Of a DNA stretch of 64,000 bases, positions 1 through 12,156 are shown in pieces. Source of the DNA: Eledone cirrhosa (Eukaryota); NCBI GenBank assembly GCA_964016885.1, contig OZ024745.1, forward strand, positions 55,924,001 to 55,988,000, in the 5' to 3' direction. The notes beneath the pieces are model-generated. The model was not told where the DNA came from. It searched no databases and was given only the letters and a program-made list of their open reading frames with translations. The position numbers were made by a program, and so were the translations under genes. Position 1 is the first letter of the stretch, and every line of letters begins with the position of its first letter.

Positions 1-179
1 GGTGAGAACAATTACACGCAAAACCACATGTATGGTCATTAGACTAGTATATATGTATACCTATCGAGCTCTCTTTGGATTGTAGTCTTCGCATTTATTA
101 TTATTACTGTATATATATATATATATAGCAGCACAGACTCCACTGCAGCAATGAAGAGGCGAATGTTCTGGTCATTAAG

Positions 180-272
180 TCCAAGAAACTCACTCAGATG
201 GTGGATGGTTGCTACACGAGAATGCTGAGGATGCTACACGAGATGCTGAGGATGGCTCTGAACATCAATCAG
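180..272 (+). pseudogene. Short RTE-like LINE fragment (region C-terminal to RT)
   Basis: Translates as KKLTQMVDGCYTRMLR..MALNI, resembling the LDGCYTRMLR..LNI motif of RTE-type elements; contains a ~21-bp tandem duplication (tgctacacgag[a]atgctgagga). Confidence 0.5.
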
Positions 273-275
273 TAT

Positions 276-930
276 TAATAACAGAAATCACTCACTGTTT
301 GGTTGGTTTTCGCTTCTGTATATTTTATATCAGTTAATTCATTCGTCCTCAATGTTTACCATCGACTGACCAACGGTCAAAAACACAGATATAATATAGA
401 TATAAACACATATATATAGTCTAACAAAGTTCATTCGCCGCACACCTGCAACATCGTCAGTGGTGCTATTATGTCTCCTCCCGTTGTATTGTACGTCTAC
501 GCCATCTTTATTTAATCCATTTATTTATTTATTTACTTACTTTTGTCTTCCTCTCTGCACATGCGCCTGCGTGTTTGTATAGTGCCTGACGTGTGTTCGC
601 GCCTGAGCAACCTTGCCTTGGCCACTGTATTCCATCCCAGTTTACTAGTGCGTGCCCACACTTGCCTGCCGCCATTGTGCCTGTGCTTATATCCATCCAT
701 TTATTTATATTTCTCTTAGGTCAGTATTGTTTGATTGGGTGTTGTTGTTATTCCATTCATTTTTTTCTGTTTAGCTTTGGCCTTCTAAGTTCAATTTCAC
801 TGGCCTCTCTGATTTGCCTATCTGCTGGGTCATTTCTATGTTAGATATTATTTTAATTTCTATGTTGTCTATGTTACCGTCATGTTGTTGTCTGGTGTGT
901 TCGTATAGTACTGAACCGTTTTTTTCTTCC
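276..930 (-). mobile_element. Decayed Penelope-like element 3' end (GIY-YIG C-terminus plus pseudo-LTR)
   Basis: Clearly homologous to 19780-20430; minus strand reads RKNGSVLYEHTRQQHDGNIDNIEIKII..NDPADRQIREASEIELRRPKLNR with frameshifts. Confidence 0.8.
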
Positions 931-1308
931 TGTGAACCATTCAATCCTAGTCAAGAGGTAGATGTAATCTTTTTCAGTTTTTATTTTAGATTCCATAGAA
1001 AAAAATCTAAAATGATTTGCCGGGAACACTACTCCGGACCAGGATCGAAATACAGACCAGGATAACCACCTTCTATGATTCTCCCAGCTAGGCTGCTGAG
1101 ACAGCTACAAAATCAAAGTTAAAAATTAATAATTATAAACCTACTTTCAAAATCAAAGTTAAAAATATGTGGTGTGTTTCATGGCTTTCCTAGAGCTATT
1201 AGTCATATTTAGGGTCGACTTGTCAATCTTCTGGCTTTTTGGTAAAAGCCTTATTATTCATGTGTGTTTAACTGTTGAATTAATTTAATTTGATCATTTT
1301 AACAAACA

Positions 1309-1380
<72 letters not shown>

Positions 1381-1758
1381 CAGAAAAGTAACAAACGAGT
1401 TGATATATATAAAACAAATAGTAGAAAGGAAAAAAGATGTTTTAAGTAGAAAATGCAGAAGAGATTCTTTCAGTGTAATATCAAAACATTTATTTATTTA
1501 TAAAGAGGATATTTCCGCATTCAATAATGGTACCGGTTTCAGCATTATATGCATTGTCAACTGCGGATATGCATGATTTGGATAAGTTCTATATATATAC
1601 AAATAACAATAATAAAAAGGTGAAGAAAAATTATTAATTTTTACATACATATTTTGAGAGGAGGATTCATATCTCTGTCCGTGTTTGTCCTTCTTTCTTT
1701 TCAGCATCTTCTACTGAAAAAATATATTTCCTTTCAAATATTATATATATATATATAT

Positions 1759-4700
1759 GAAGATAGACATAGAATATTCGAAAATATTCTGTATGTTTAT
1801 AATAAACATTTTGAAGACCTAATCGCTATAGAATAGAATACGTCACGTATTACAATTAGATTCTCGATAAAAGCAAGGGAAGTAACCTACGCGTTTCATT
1901 CTTATTAGAAATCTTCAGGATTACATATCCAGTGCTTTTATCGAGAATGACACAGCTAGAGACTTATAGAATACTTAGCTGTGTACAGGAACTGGTTTGA
2001 AAGAGCGGTTGCCGGTCCGGCAGAAATTAGAAATTGGATTAAATGCTCTGAAATAGCGATATATATGTGAAGATAGACATAGAATATTCGAAAATATTCT
2101 GTATGTTTATAATAAACATTTTGAAGACCTAATCGCTATAGAATAGAATACGTCACGTATTACAATTAGATTCTCGATAAAAGCAAGGGAAGTAACCTAC
2201 GCGTTTCATTCTTATTAGAAATCTTCAGGATTACATATCCAGTGCTTTTATCGAGAATGACACAGCTAGAGACTTATAGAATACTTAGCTGTGTACAGGA
2301 ACTGGTTTGAAAGAGCGGTTGCCGGTCCGGCAGAAATTAGAAATTGGATTAAATGCTCTGAAATAGCGATATATATGTGAAGATAGACATAGAATATTCG
2401 AAAATATTCTGTATGTTTATAATAAACATTTTGAAGACCTAATCGCTATAGAATAGAATACGTCACGTATTACAATTAGATTCTCGATAAAAGCAAGGGA
2501 AGTAACCTACGCGTTTCATTCTTATTAGAAATCTTCAGGATTACATATCCAGTGCTTTTATCGAGAATGACACAGCTAGAGACTTATAGAATACTTAGCT
2601 GTGTACAGGAACTGGTTTGAAAGAGCGGTTGCCGGTCCGGCAGAAATTAGAAATTGGATTAAATGCTCTGAAATAGCGATATATATGTGAAGATAGACAT
2701 AGAATATTCGAAAATATTCTGTATGTTTATAATAAACATTTTGAAGACCTAATCGCTATAGAATAGAATACGTCACGTATTACAATTAGATTCTCGATAA
2801 AAGCAAGGGAAGTAACCTACGCGTTTCATTCTTATTAGAAATCTTCAGGATTACATATCCAGTGCTTTTATCGAGAATGACACAGCTAGAGACTTATAGA
2901 ATACTTAGCTGTGTACAGGAACTGGTTTGAAAGAGCGGTTGCCGGTCCGGCAGAAATTAGAAATTGGATTAAATGCTCTGAAATAGCGATATATATGTGA
3001 AGATAGACATAGAATATTCGAAAATATTCTGTATGTTTATAATAAACATTTTGAAGACCTAATCGCTATAGAATAGAATACGTCACGTATTACAATTAGA
3101 TTCTCGATAAGAGCAAGGGAAGTAACCTACGCGTTTCATTCTTATTAGAAATCTTCAGGATTACATATCCAGTGCTTTTATCGAGAATGACACAGCTAGA
3201 GACTTATAGAATACTTAGCTGTGTACAGGAACTGGTTTGAAAGAGCGGTTGCCGGTCCGGCAGAAATTAGAAATTGGATTAAATGCTCTGAAATAGCGAT
3301 ATATATGTGAAGATAGACATAGAATATTCGAAAATATTCTGTATGTTTATAATAAACATTTTGAAGACCTAATCGCTATAGAATAGAATACGTCACGTAT
3401 TACAATTAGATTCTCGATAAAAGCAAGGGAAGTAACCTACGCGTTTCATTCTTATTAGAAATCTTCAGGATTACATATCCAGTGCTTTTATCGAGAATGA
3501 CACAGCTAGAGACTTATAGAATACTTAGCTGTGTACAGGAACTGGTTTGAAAGAGCGGTTGCCGGTCCGGCAGAAATTAGAAATTGGATTAAATGCTCTG
3601 AAATAGCGATATATATGTGAAGATAGACATAGAATATTCGAAAATATTCTGTATGTTTATAATAAACATTTTGAAGACCTAATCGCTATAGAATAGAATA
3701 CGTCACGTATTACAATTAGATTCTCGATAAAAGCAAGGGAAGTAACCTACGCGTTTCATTCTTATTAGAAATCTTCAGGATTACATATCCAGTGCTTTTA
3801 TCGAGAATGACACAGCTAGAGACTTATAGAATACTTAGCTGTGTACAGGAACTGGTTTGAAAGAGCGGTTGCCGGTCCGGCAGAAATTAGAAATTGGATT
3901 AAATGCTCTGAAATAGCGATATATATGTGAAGATAGACATAGAATATTCGAAAATATTCTGTATGTTTATAATAAACATTTTGAAGACCTAATCGCTATA
4001 GAATAGAATACGTCACGTATTACAATTAGATTCTCGATAAAAGCAAGGGAAGTAACCTACGCGTTTCATTCTTATTAGAAATCTTCAGGATTACATATCC
4101 AGTGCTTTTATCGAGAATGACACAGCTAGAGACTTATAGAATACTTAGCTGTGTACAGGAACTGGTTTGAAAGAGCGGTTGCCGGTCCGGCAGAAATTAG
4201 AAATTGGATTAAATGCTCTGAAATAGCGATATATATGTGAAGATAGACATAGAATATTCGAAAATATTCTGTATGTTTATAATAAACATTTTGAAGACCT
4301 AATCGCTATAGAATAGAATACGTCACGTATTACAATTAGATTCTCGATAAAAGCAAGGGAAGTAACCTACGCGTTTCATTCTTATTAGAAATCTTCAGGA
4401 TTACATATCCAGTGCTTTTATCGAGAATGACACAGCTAGAGACTTATAGAATACTTAGCTGTGTACAGGAACTGGTTTGAAAGAGCGGTTGCCGGTCCGG
4501 CAGAAATTAGAAATTGGATTAAATGCTCTGAAATAGCGATATATATGTGAAGATAGACATAGAATATTCGAAAATATTCTGTATGTTTATAATAAACATT
4601 TTGAAGACCTAATCGCTATAGAATAGAATACGTCACGTATTACAATTAGATTCTCGATAAAAGCAAGGGAAGTAACCTACGCGTTTCATTCTTATTAGAA

Positions 4701-7700
4701 ATCTTCAGGATTACATATCCAGTGCTTTTATCGAGAATGACACAGCTAGAGACTTATAGAATACTTAGCTGTGTACAGGAACTGGTTTGAAAGAGCGGTT
4801 GCCGGTCCGGCAGAAATTAGAAATTGGATTAAATGCTCTGAAATAGCGATATATATGTGAAGATAGACATAGAATATTCGAAAATATTCTGTATGTTTAT
4901 AATAAACATTTTGAAGACCTAATCGCTATAGAATAGAATACGTCACGTATTACAATTAGATTCTCGATAAAAGCAAGGGAAGTAACCTACGCGTTTCATT
5001 CTTATTAGAAATGTTCAGGATTACATATCCAGTGCTTTTATCGAGAATGACACAGCTAGAGACTTATAGAATACTTAGCTGTGTACAGGAACTGGTTTGA
5101 AAGAGCGGTTGCCGGTCCGGCAGAAATTAGAAATTGGATTAAATGCTCTGAAATAGCGATATATATGTGAAGATAGACATAGAATATTCGAAAATATTCT
5201 GTATGTTTATAATAAACATTTTGAAGACCTAATCGCTATAGAATAGAATACGTCACGTATTACAATTAGATTCTCGATAAAAGCAAGGGAAGTAACCTAC
5301 GCGTTTCATTCTTATTAGAAATCTTCAGGATTACATATCCAGTGCTTTTATCGAGAATGACACAGCTAGAGACTTATAGAATACTTAGCTGTGTACAGGA
5401 ACTGGTTTGAAAGAGCGGTTGCCGGTCCGGCAGAAATTAGAAATTGGATTAAATGCTCTGAAATAGCGATATATATGTGAAGATAGACATAGAATATTCG
5501 AAAATATTCTGTATGTTTATAATAAACATTTTGAAGACCTAATCGCTATAGAATAGAATACGTCACGTATTACAATTAGATTCTCGATAAAAGCAAGGGA
5601 AGTAACCTACGCGTTTCATTCTTATTAGAAATCTTCAGGATTACATATCCAGTGCTTTTATCGAGAATGACACAGCTAGAGACTTATAGAATACTTAGCT
5701 GTGTACAGGAACTGGTTTGAAAGAGCGGTTGCCGGTCCGGCAGAAATTAGAAATTGGATTAAATGCTCTGAAATAGCGATATATATGTGAAGATAGACAT
5801 AGAATATTCGAAAATATTCTGTATGTTTATAATAAACATTTTGAAGACCTAATCGCTATAGAATAGAATACGTCACGTATTACAATTAGATTCTCGATAA
5901 AAGCAAGGGAAGTAACCTACGCGTTTCATTCTTATTAGAAATCTTCAGGATTACATATCCAGTGCTTTTATCGAGAATGACACAGCTAGAGACTTATAGA
6001 ATACTTAGCTGTGTACAGGAACTGGTTTGAAAGAGCGGTTGCCGGTCCGGCAGAAATTAGAAATTGGATTAAATGCTCTGAAATAGCGATATATATGTGA
6101 AGATAGACATAGAATATTCGAAAATATTCTGTATGTTTATAATAAACATTTTGAAGACCTAATCGCTATAGAATAGAATACGTCACGTATTACAATTAGA
6201 TTCTCGATAAGAGCAAGGGAAGTAACCTACGCGTTTCATTCTTATTAGAAATCTTCAGGATTACATATCCAGTGCTTTTATCGAGAATGACACAGCTAGA
6301 GACTTATAGAATACTTAGCTGTGTACAGGAACTGGTTTGAAAGAGCGGTTGCCGGTCCGGCAGAAATTAGAAATTGGATTAAATGCTCTGAAATAGCGAT
6401 ATATATGTGAAGATAGACATAGAATATTCGAAAATATTCTGTATGTTTATAATAAACATTTTGAAGACCTAATCGCTATAGAATAGAATACGTCACGTAT
6501 TACAATTAGATTCTCGATAAAAGCAAGGGAAGTAACCTACGCGTTTCATTCTTATTAGAAATCTTCAGGATTACATATCCAGTGCTTTTATCGAGAATGA
6601 CACAGCTAGAGACTTATAGAATACTTAGCTGTGTACAGGAACTGGTTTGAAAGAGCGGTTGCCGGTCCGGCAGAAATTAGAAATTGGATTAAATGCTCTG
6701 AAATAGCGATATATATGTGAAGATAGACATAGAATATTCGAAAATATTCTGTATGTTTATAATAAACATTTTGAAGACCTAATCGCTATAGAATAGAATA
6801 CGTCACGTATTACAATTAGATTCTCGATAAAAGCAAGGGAAGTAACCTACGCGTTTCATTCTTATTAGAAATCTTCAGGATTACATATCCAGTGCTTTTA
6901 TCGAGAATGACACAGCTAGAGACTTATAGAATACTTAGCTGTGTACAGGAACTGGTTTGAAAGAGCGGTTGCCGGTCCGGCAGAAATTAGAAATTGGATT
7001 AAATGCTCTGAAATAGCGATATATATGTGAAGATAGACATAGAATATTCGAAAATATTCTGTATGTTTATAATAAACATTTTGAAGACCTAATCGCTATA
7101 GAATAGAATACGTCACGTATTACAATTAGATTCTCGATAAAAGCAAGGGAAGTAACCTACGCGTTTCATTCTTATTAGAAATCTTCAGGATTACATATCC
7201 AGTGCTTTTATCGAGAATGACACAGCTAGAGACTTATAGAATACTTAGCTGTGTACAGGAACTGGTTTGAAAGAGCGGTTGCCGGTCCGGCAGAAATTAG
7301 AAATTGGATTAAATGCTCTGAAATAGCGATATATATGTGAAGATAGACATAGAATATTCGAAAATATTCTGTATGTTTATAATAAACATTTTGAAGACCT
7401 AATCGCTATAGAATAGAATACGTCACGTATTACAATTAGATTCTCGATAAAAGCAAGGGAAGTAACCTACGCGTTTCATTCTTATTAGAAATCTTCAGGA
7501 TTACATATCCAGTGCTTTTATCGAGAATGACACAGCTAGAGACTTATAGAATACTTAGCTGTGTACAGGAACTGGTTTGAAAGAGCGGTTGCCGGTCCGG
7601 CAGAAATTAGAAATTGGATTAAATGCTCTGAAATAGCGATATATATGTGAAGATAGACATAGAATATTCGAAAATATTCTGTATGTTTATAATAAACATT

Positions 7701-8988
7701 TTGAAGACCTAATCGCTATAGAATAGAATACGTCACGTATTACAATTAGATTCTCGATAAAAGCAAGGGAAGTAACCTACGCGTTTCATTCTTATTAGAA
7801 ATCTTCAGGATTACATATCCAGTGCTTTTATCGAGAATGACACAGCTAGAGACTTATAGAATACTTAGCTGTGTACAGGAACTGGTTTGAAAGAGCGGTT
7901 GCCGGTCCGGCAGAAATTAGAAATTGGATTAAATGCTCTGAAATAGCGATATATATGTGAAGATAGACATAGAATATTCGAAAATATTCTGTATGTTTAT
8001 AATAAACATTTTGAAGACCTAATCGCTATAGAATAGAATACGTCACGTATTACAATTAGATTCTCGATAAAAGCAAGGGAAGTAACCTACGCGTTTCATT
8101 CTTATTAGAAATGTTCAGGATTACATATCCAGTGCTTTTATCGAGAATGACACAGCTAGAGACTTATAGAATACTTAGCTGTGTACAGGAACTGGTTTGA
8201 AAGAGCGGTTGCCGGTCCGGCAGAAATTAGAAATTGGATTAAATGCTCTGAAATAGCGATATATATGTGAAGATAGACATAGAATATTCGAAAATATTCT
8301 GTATGTTTATAATAAACATTTTGAAGACCTAATCGCTATAGAATAGAATACGTCACGTATTACAATTAGATTCTCGATAAAAGCAAGGGAAGTAACCTAC
8401 GCGTTTCATTCTTATTAGAAATCTTCAGGATTACATATCCAGTGCTTTTATCGAGAATGACACAGCTAGAGACTTATAGAATACTTAGCTGTGTACAGGA
8501 ACTGGTTTGAAAGAGCGGTTGCCGGTCCGGCAGAAATTAGAAATTGGATTAAATGCTCTGAAATAGCGATATATATGTGAAGATAGACATAGAATATTCG
8601 AAAATATTCTGTATGTTTATAATAAACATTTTGAAGACCTAATCGCTATAGAATAGAATACGTCACGTATTACAATTAGATTCTCGATAAAAGCAAGGGA
8701 AGTAACCTACGCGTTTCATTCTTATTAGAAATCTTCAGGATTACATATCCAGTGCTTTTATCGAGAATGACACAGCTAGAGACTTATAGAATACTTAGCT
8801 GTGTACAGGAACTGGTTTGAAAGAGCGGTTGCCGGTCCGGCAGAAATTAGAAATTGGATTAAATGCTCTGAAATAGCGATATATATGTGAAGATAGACAT
8901 AGAATATTCGAAAATATTCTGTATGTTTATAATAAACATTTTGAAGACCTAATCGCTATAGAATAGAATACGTCACGTATTACAATTA
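1759..8988 (-). repeat. 310-bp tandem array, left block (23 full units plus a partial unit); hammerhead sense on the minus strand
   Basis: gaagatagacatagaatattcg recurs at 1759+310n up to 8889; I see only 4 variant positions (3111, 5013, 6211, 8113). Confidence 0.98.
1860..1948 (-). ncRNA. Type I hammerhead ribozyme, first of 23 minus-strand copies (every 310 bp)
   Basis: Minus strand reads GUAAUC-CUGAAGA-UUUCU AAUA AGAAU-GAAA-CGCG-UA-GGUUAC; helix I is extended by a perfect 16-bp inverted repeat (1860-1875 / 1933-1948). Confidence 0.88.
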
Positions 8989-9012
8989 CGCTATAGAATA
9001 GAATACGTCACG

Positions 9013-11570
9013 TATTATAAACATACAGAATATTTTCGAATATTCTATGTCTATCTTCACATATATATCGCTATTTCAGAGCATTTAATCCAATTTCTAA
9101 TTTCTGCCGGACCGGCAACCGCTCTTTCAAACCAGTTCCTGTACACAGCTAAGTATTCTATAAGTCTCTAGCTGTGTCATTCTCGATAAAAGCACTGGAT
9201 ATGTAATCCTGAAGATTTCTAATAAGAATGAAACGCGTAGGTTACTTCCCTTGCTTTTATCGAGAATCTAATTGTAATACGTGACGTATTCTATTCTATA
9301 GCGATTAGGTCTTCAAAATGTTTATTATAAACATACAGAATATTTTCGAATATTCTATGTCTATCTTCACATATATATCGCTATTTCAGAGCATTTAATC
9401 CAATTTCTAATTTCTGCCGGACCGGCAACCGCTCTTTCAAACCAGTTCCTGTACACAGCTAAGTATTCTATAAGTCTCTAGCTGTGTCATTCTCGATAAA
9501 AGCACTGGATATGTAATCCTGAAGATTTCTAATAAGAATGAAACGCGTAGGTTACTTCCCTTGCTTTTATCGAGAATCTAATTGTAATACGTGACGTATT
9601 CTATTCTATAGCGATTAGGTCTTCAAAATGTTTATTATAAACATACAGAATATTTTCGAATATTCTATGTCTATCTTCACATATATATCGCTATTTCAGA
9701 GCATTTAATCCAATTTCTAATTTCTGCCGGACCGGCAACCGCTCTTTCAAACCAGTTCCTGTACACAGCTAAGTATTCTATAAGTCTCTAGCTGTGTCAT
9801 TCTCGATAAAAGCACTGGATATGTAATCCTGAAGATTTCTAATAAGAATGAAACGCGTAGGTTACTTCCCTTGCTTTTATCGAGAATCTAATTGTAATAC
9901 GTGACGTATTCTATTCTATAGCGATTAGGTCTTCAAAATGTTTATTATAAACATACAGAATATTTTCGAATATTCTATGTCTATCTTCACATATATATCG
10001 CTATTTCAGAGCATTTAATCCAATTTCTAATTTCTGCCGGACCGGCAACCGCTCTTTCAAACCAGTTCCTGTACACAGCTAAGTATTCTATAAGTCTCTA
10101 GCTGTGTCATTCTCGATAAAAGCACTGGATATGTAATCCTGAAGATTTCTAATAAGAATGAAACGCGTAGGTTACTTCCCTTGCTTTTATCGAGAATCTA
10201 ATTGTAATACGTGACGTATTCTATTCTATAGCGATTAGGTCTTCAAAATGTTAATTATAAACATACAGAATATTTTCGAATATTCTATGTCTATCTTCAC
10301 ATATATATCGCTATTTCAGAGCATTTAATCCAATTTCTAATTTCTGCCGGACCGGCAACCGCTCTTTCAAACCAGTTCCTGTACACAGCTAAGTATTCTA
10401 TAAGTCTCTAGCTGTGTCATTCTCGATAAAAGCACTGGATATGTAATCCTGAAGATTTCTAATAAGAATGAAACGCGTAGGTTACTTCCCTTGCTTTTAT
10501 CGAGAATCTAATTGTAATACGTGACGTATTCTATTCTATAGCGATTAGGTCTTCAAAATGTTTATTATAAACATACAGAATATTTTCGAATATTCTATGT
10601 CTATCTTCACATATATATCGCTATTTCAGAGCATTTAATCCAATTTCTAATTTCTGCCGGACCGGCAACCGCTCTTTCAAACCAGTTCCTGTACACAGCT
10701 AAGTATTCTATAAGTCTCTAGCTGTGTCATTCTCGATAAAAGCACTGGATATGTAATCCTGAAGATTTCTAATAAGAATGAAACGCGTAGGTTACTTCCC
10801 TTGCTTTTATCGAGAATCTAATTGTAATACGTGACGTATTCTATTCTATAGCGATTAGGTCTTCAAAATGTTTATTATAAACATACAGAATATTTTCGAA
10901 TATTCTATGTCTATCTTCACATATATATCGCTATTTCAGAGCATTTAATCCAATTTCTAATTTCTGCCGGACCGGCAACCGCTCTTTCAAACCAGTTCCT
11001 GTACACAGCTAAGTATTCTATAAGTCTCTAGCTGTGTCATTCTCGATAAAAGCACTGGATATGTAATCCTGAAGATTTCTAATAAGAATGAAACGCGTAG
11101 GTTACTTCCCTTGCTTTTATCGAGAATCTAATTGTAATACGTGACGTATTCTATTCTATAGCGATTAGGTCTTCAAAATGTTTATTATAAACATACAGAA
11201 TATTTTCGAATATTCTATGTCTATCTTCACATATATATCGCTATTTCAGAGCATTTAATCCAATTTCTAATTTCTGCCGGACCGGCAACCGCTCTTTCAA
11301 ACCAGTTCCTGTACACAGCTAAGTATTCTATAAGTCTCTAGCTGTGTCATTCTCGATAAAAGCACTGGATATGTAATCCTGAAGATTTCTAATAAGAATG
11401 AAACGCGTAGGTTACTTCCCTTGCTTTTATCGAGAATCTAATTGTAATACGTGACGTATTCTATTCTATAGCGATTAGGTCTTCAAAATGTTTATTATAA
11501 ACATACAGAATATTTTCGAATATTCTATGTCTATCTTCACATATATATCGCTATTTCAGAGCATTTAATC

Positions 11571-11574
<4 letters not shown>
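9013..11574 (+). repeat. 310-bp tandem array, inverted right block (~8.3 units); hammerhead sense on the plus strand
   Basis: Reverse complement of the left-block unit with period 310; one variant at 10253; ends in (TA)n. Confidence 0.98.
9179..9267 (+). ncRNA. Type I hammerhead ribozyme, first of 8 plus-strand copies (every 310 bp, last at 11349-11437)
   Basis: Helix I GTAATC 9203-9208 pairs with GGTTAC 9240-9245; core CTGAAGA 9209-9215; helix II TTCT/AGAA with AATA loop; GAAA 9230-9233; palindromic ACGCGT helix III; predicted cleavage after GUA at 9239. Confidence 0.88.
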
Positions 11575-11601
<27 letters not shown>

Positions 11602-12041
11602 AATATAAATATATATATATATTTATTTATTTAGCTTTGTTGGTTCTCCACTGGATAGGACTGGTCATTCCGTATGGTCAACACGATGTAATATTATGGA
11701 GGGTACTCAACGTAATGCAACTCACCCGTCTTCGTTTGTGTAGTTGGTGGTCCGAGTACAGAGTTAATTATTATAAAATAAGAGGAGGCTGGACTGGTGT
11801 AAATCCTTGAAATGTTTATTATACCATTATCACCTCAATGACCGGGTTCAGTATGAATCCGGTGACATCATCAGGTATTCAAAATATAACAAAGGAATAT
11901 AATAGACAAAATGCAAATCCAAATTATGTATTTTTTTTAAATGGTATTTATTCATTATAAAAATTAAATGATAGCATTCCATATGTATGTGGGCCACTTC
12001 ACCTCCCGGCAACCAATATTTTTAGACGCAGTCCGGCCCTA

Positions 12042-12156
<115 letters not shown>

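Noticed and set aside
2068-2105. Second hammerhead in the opposite polarity of the unit (GTGAAGA...GAAA-ATAT-TC)
   Set aside because: C3 is replaced by G, there is no credible helix II, and helix I is mismatched at the core
1759-11574. CRISPR array, or a coding tandem repeat
   Set aside because: Units are identical end to end with no unique spacers, the context is eukaryotic, and there is no long ORF
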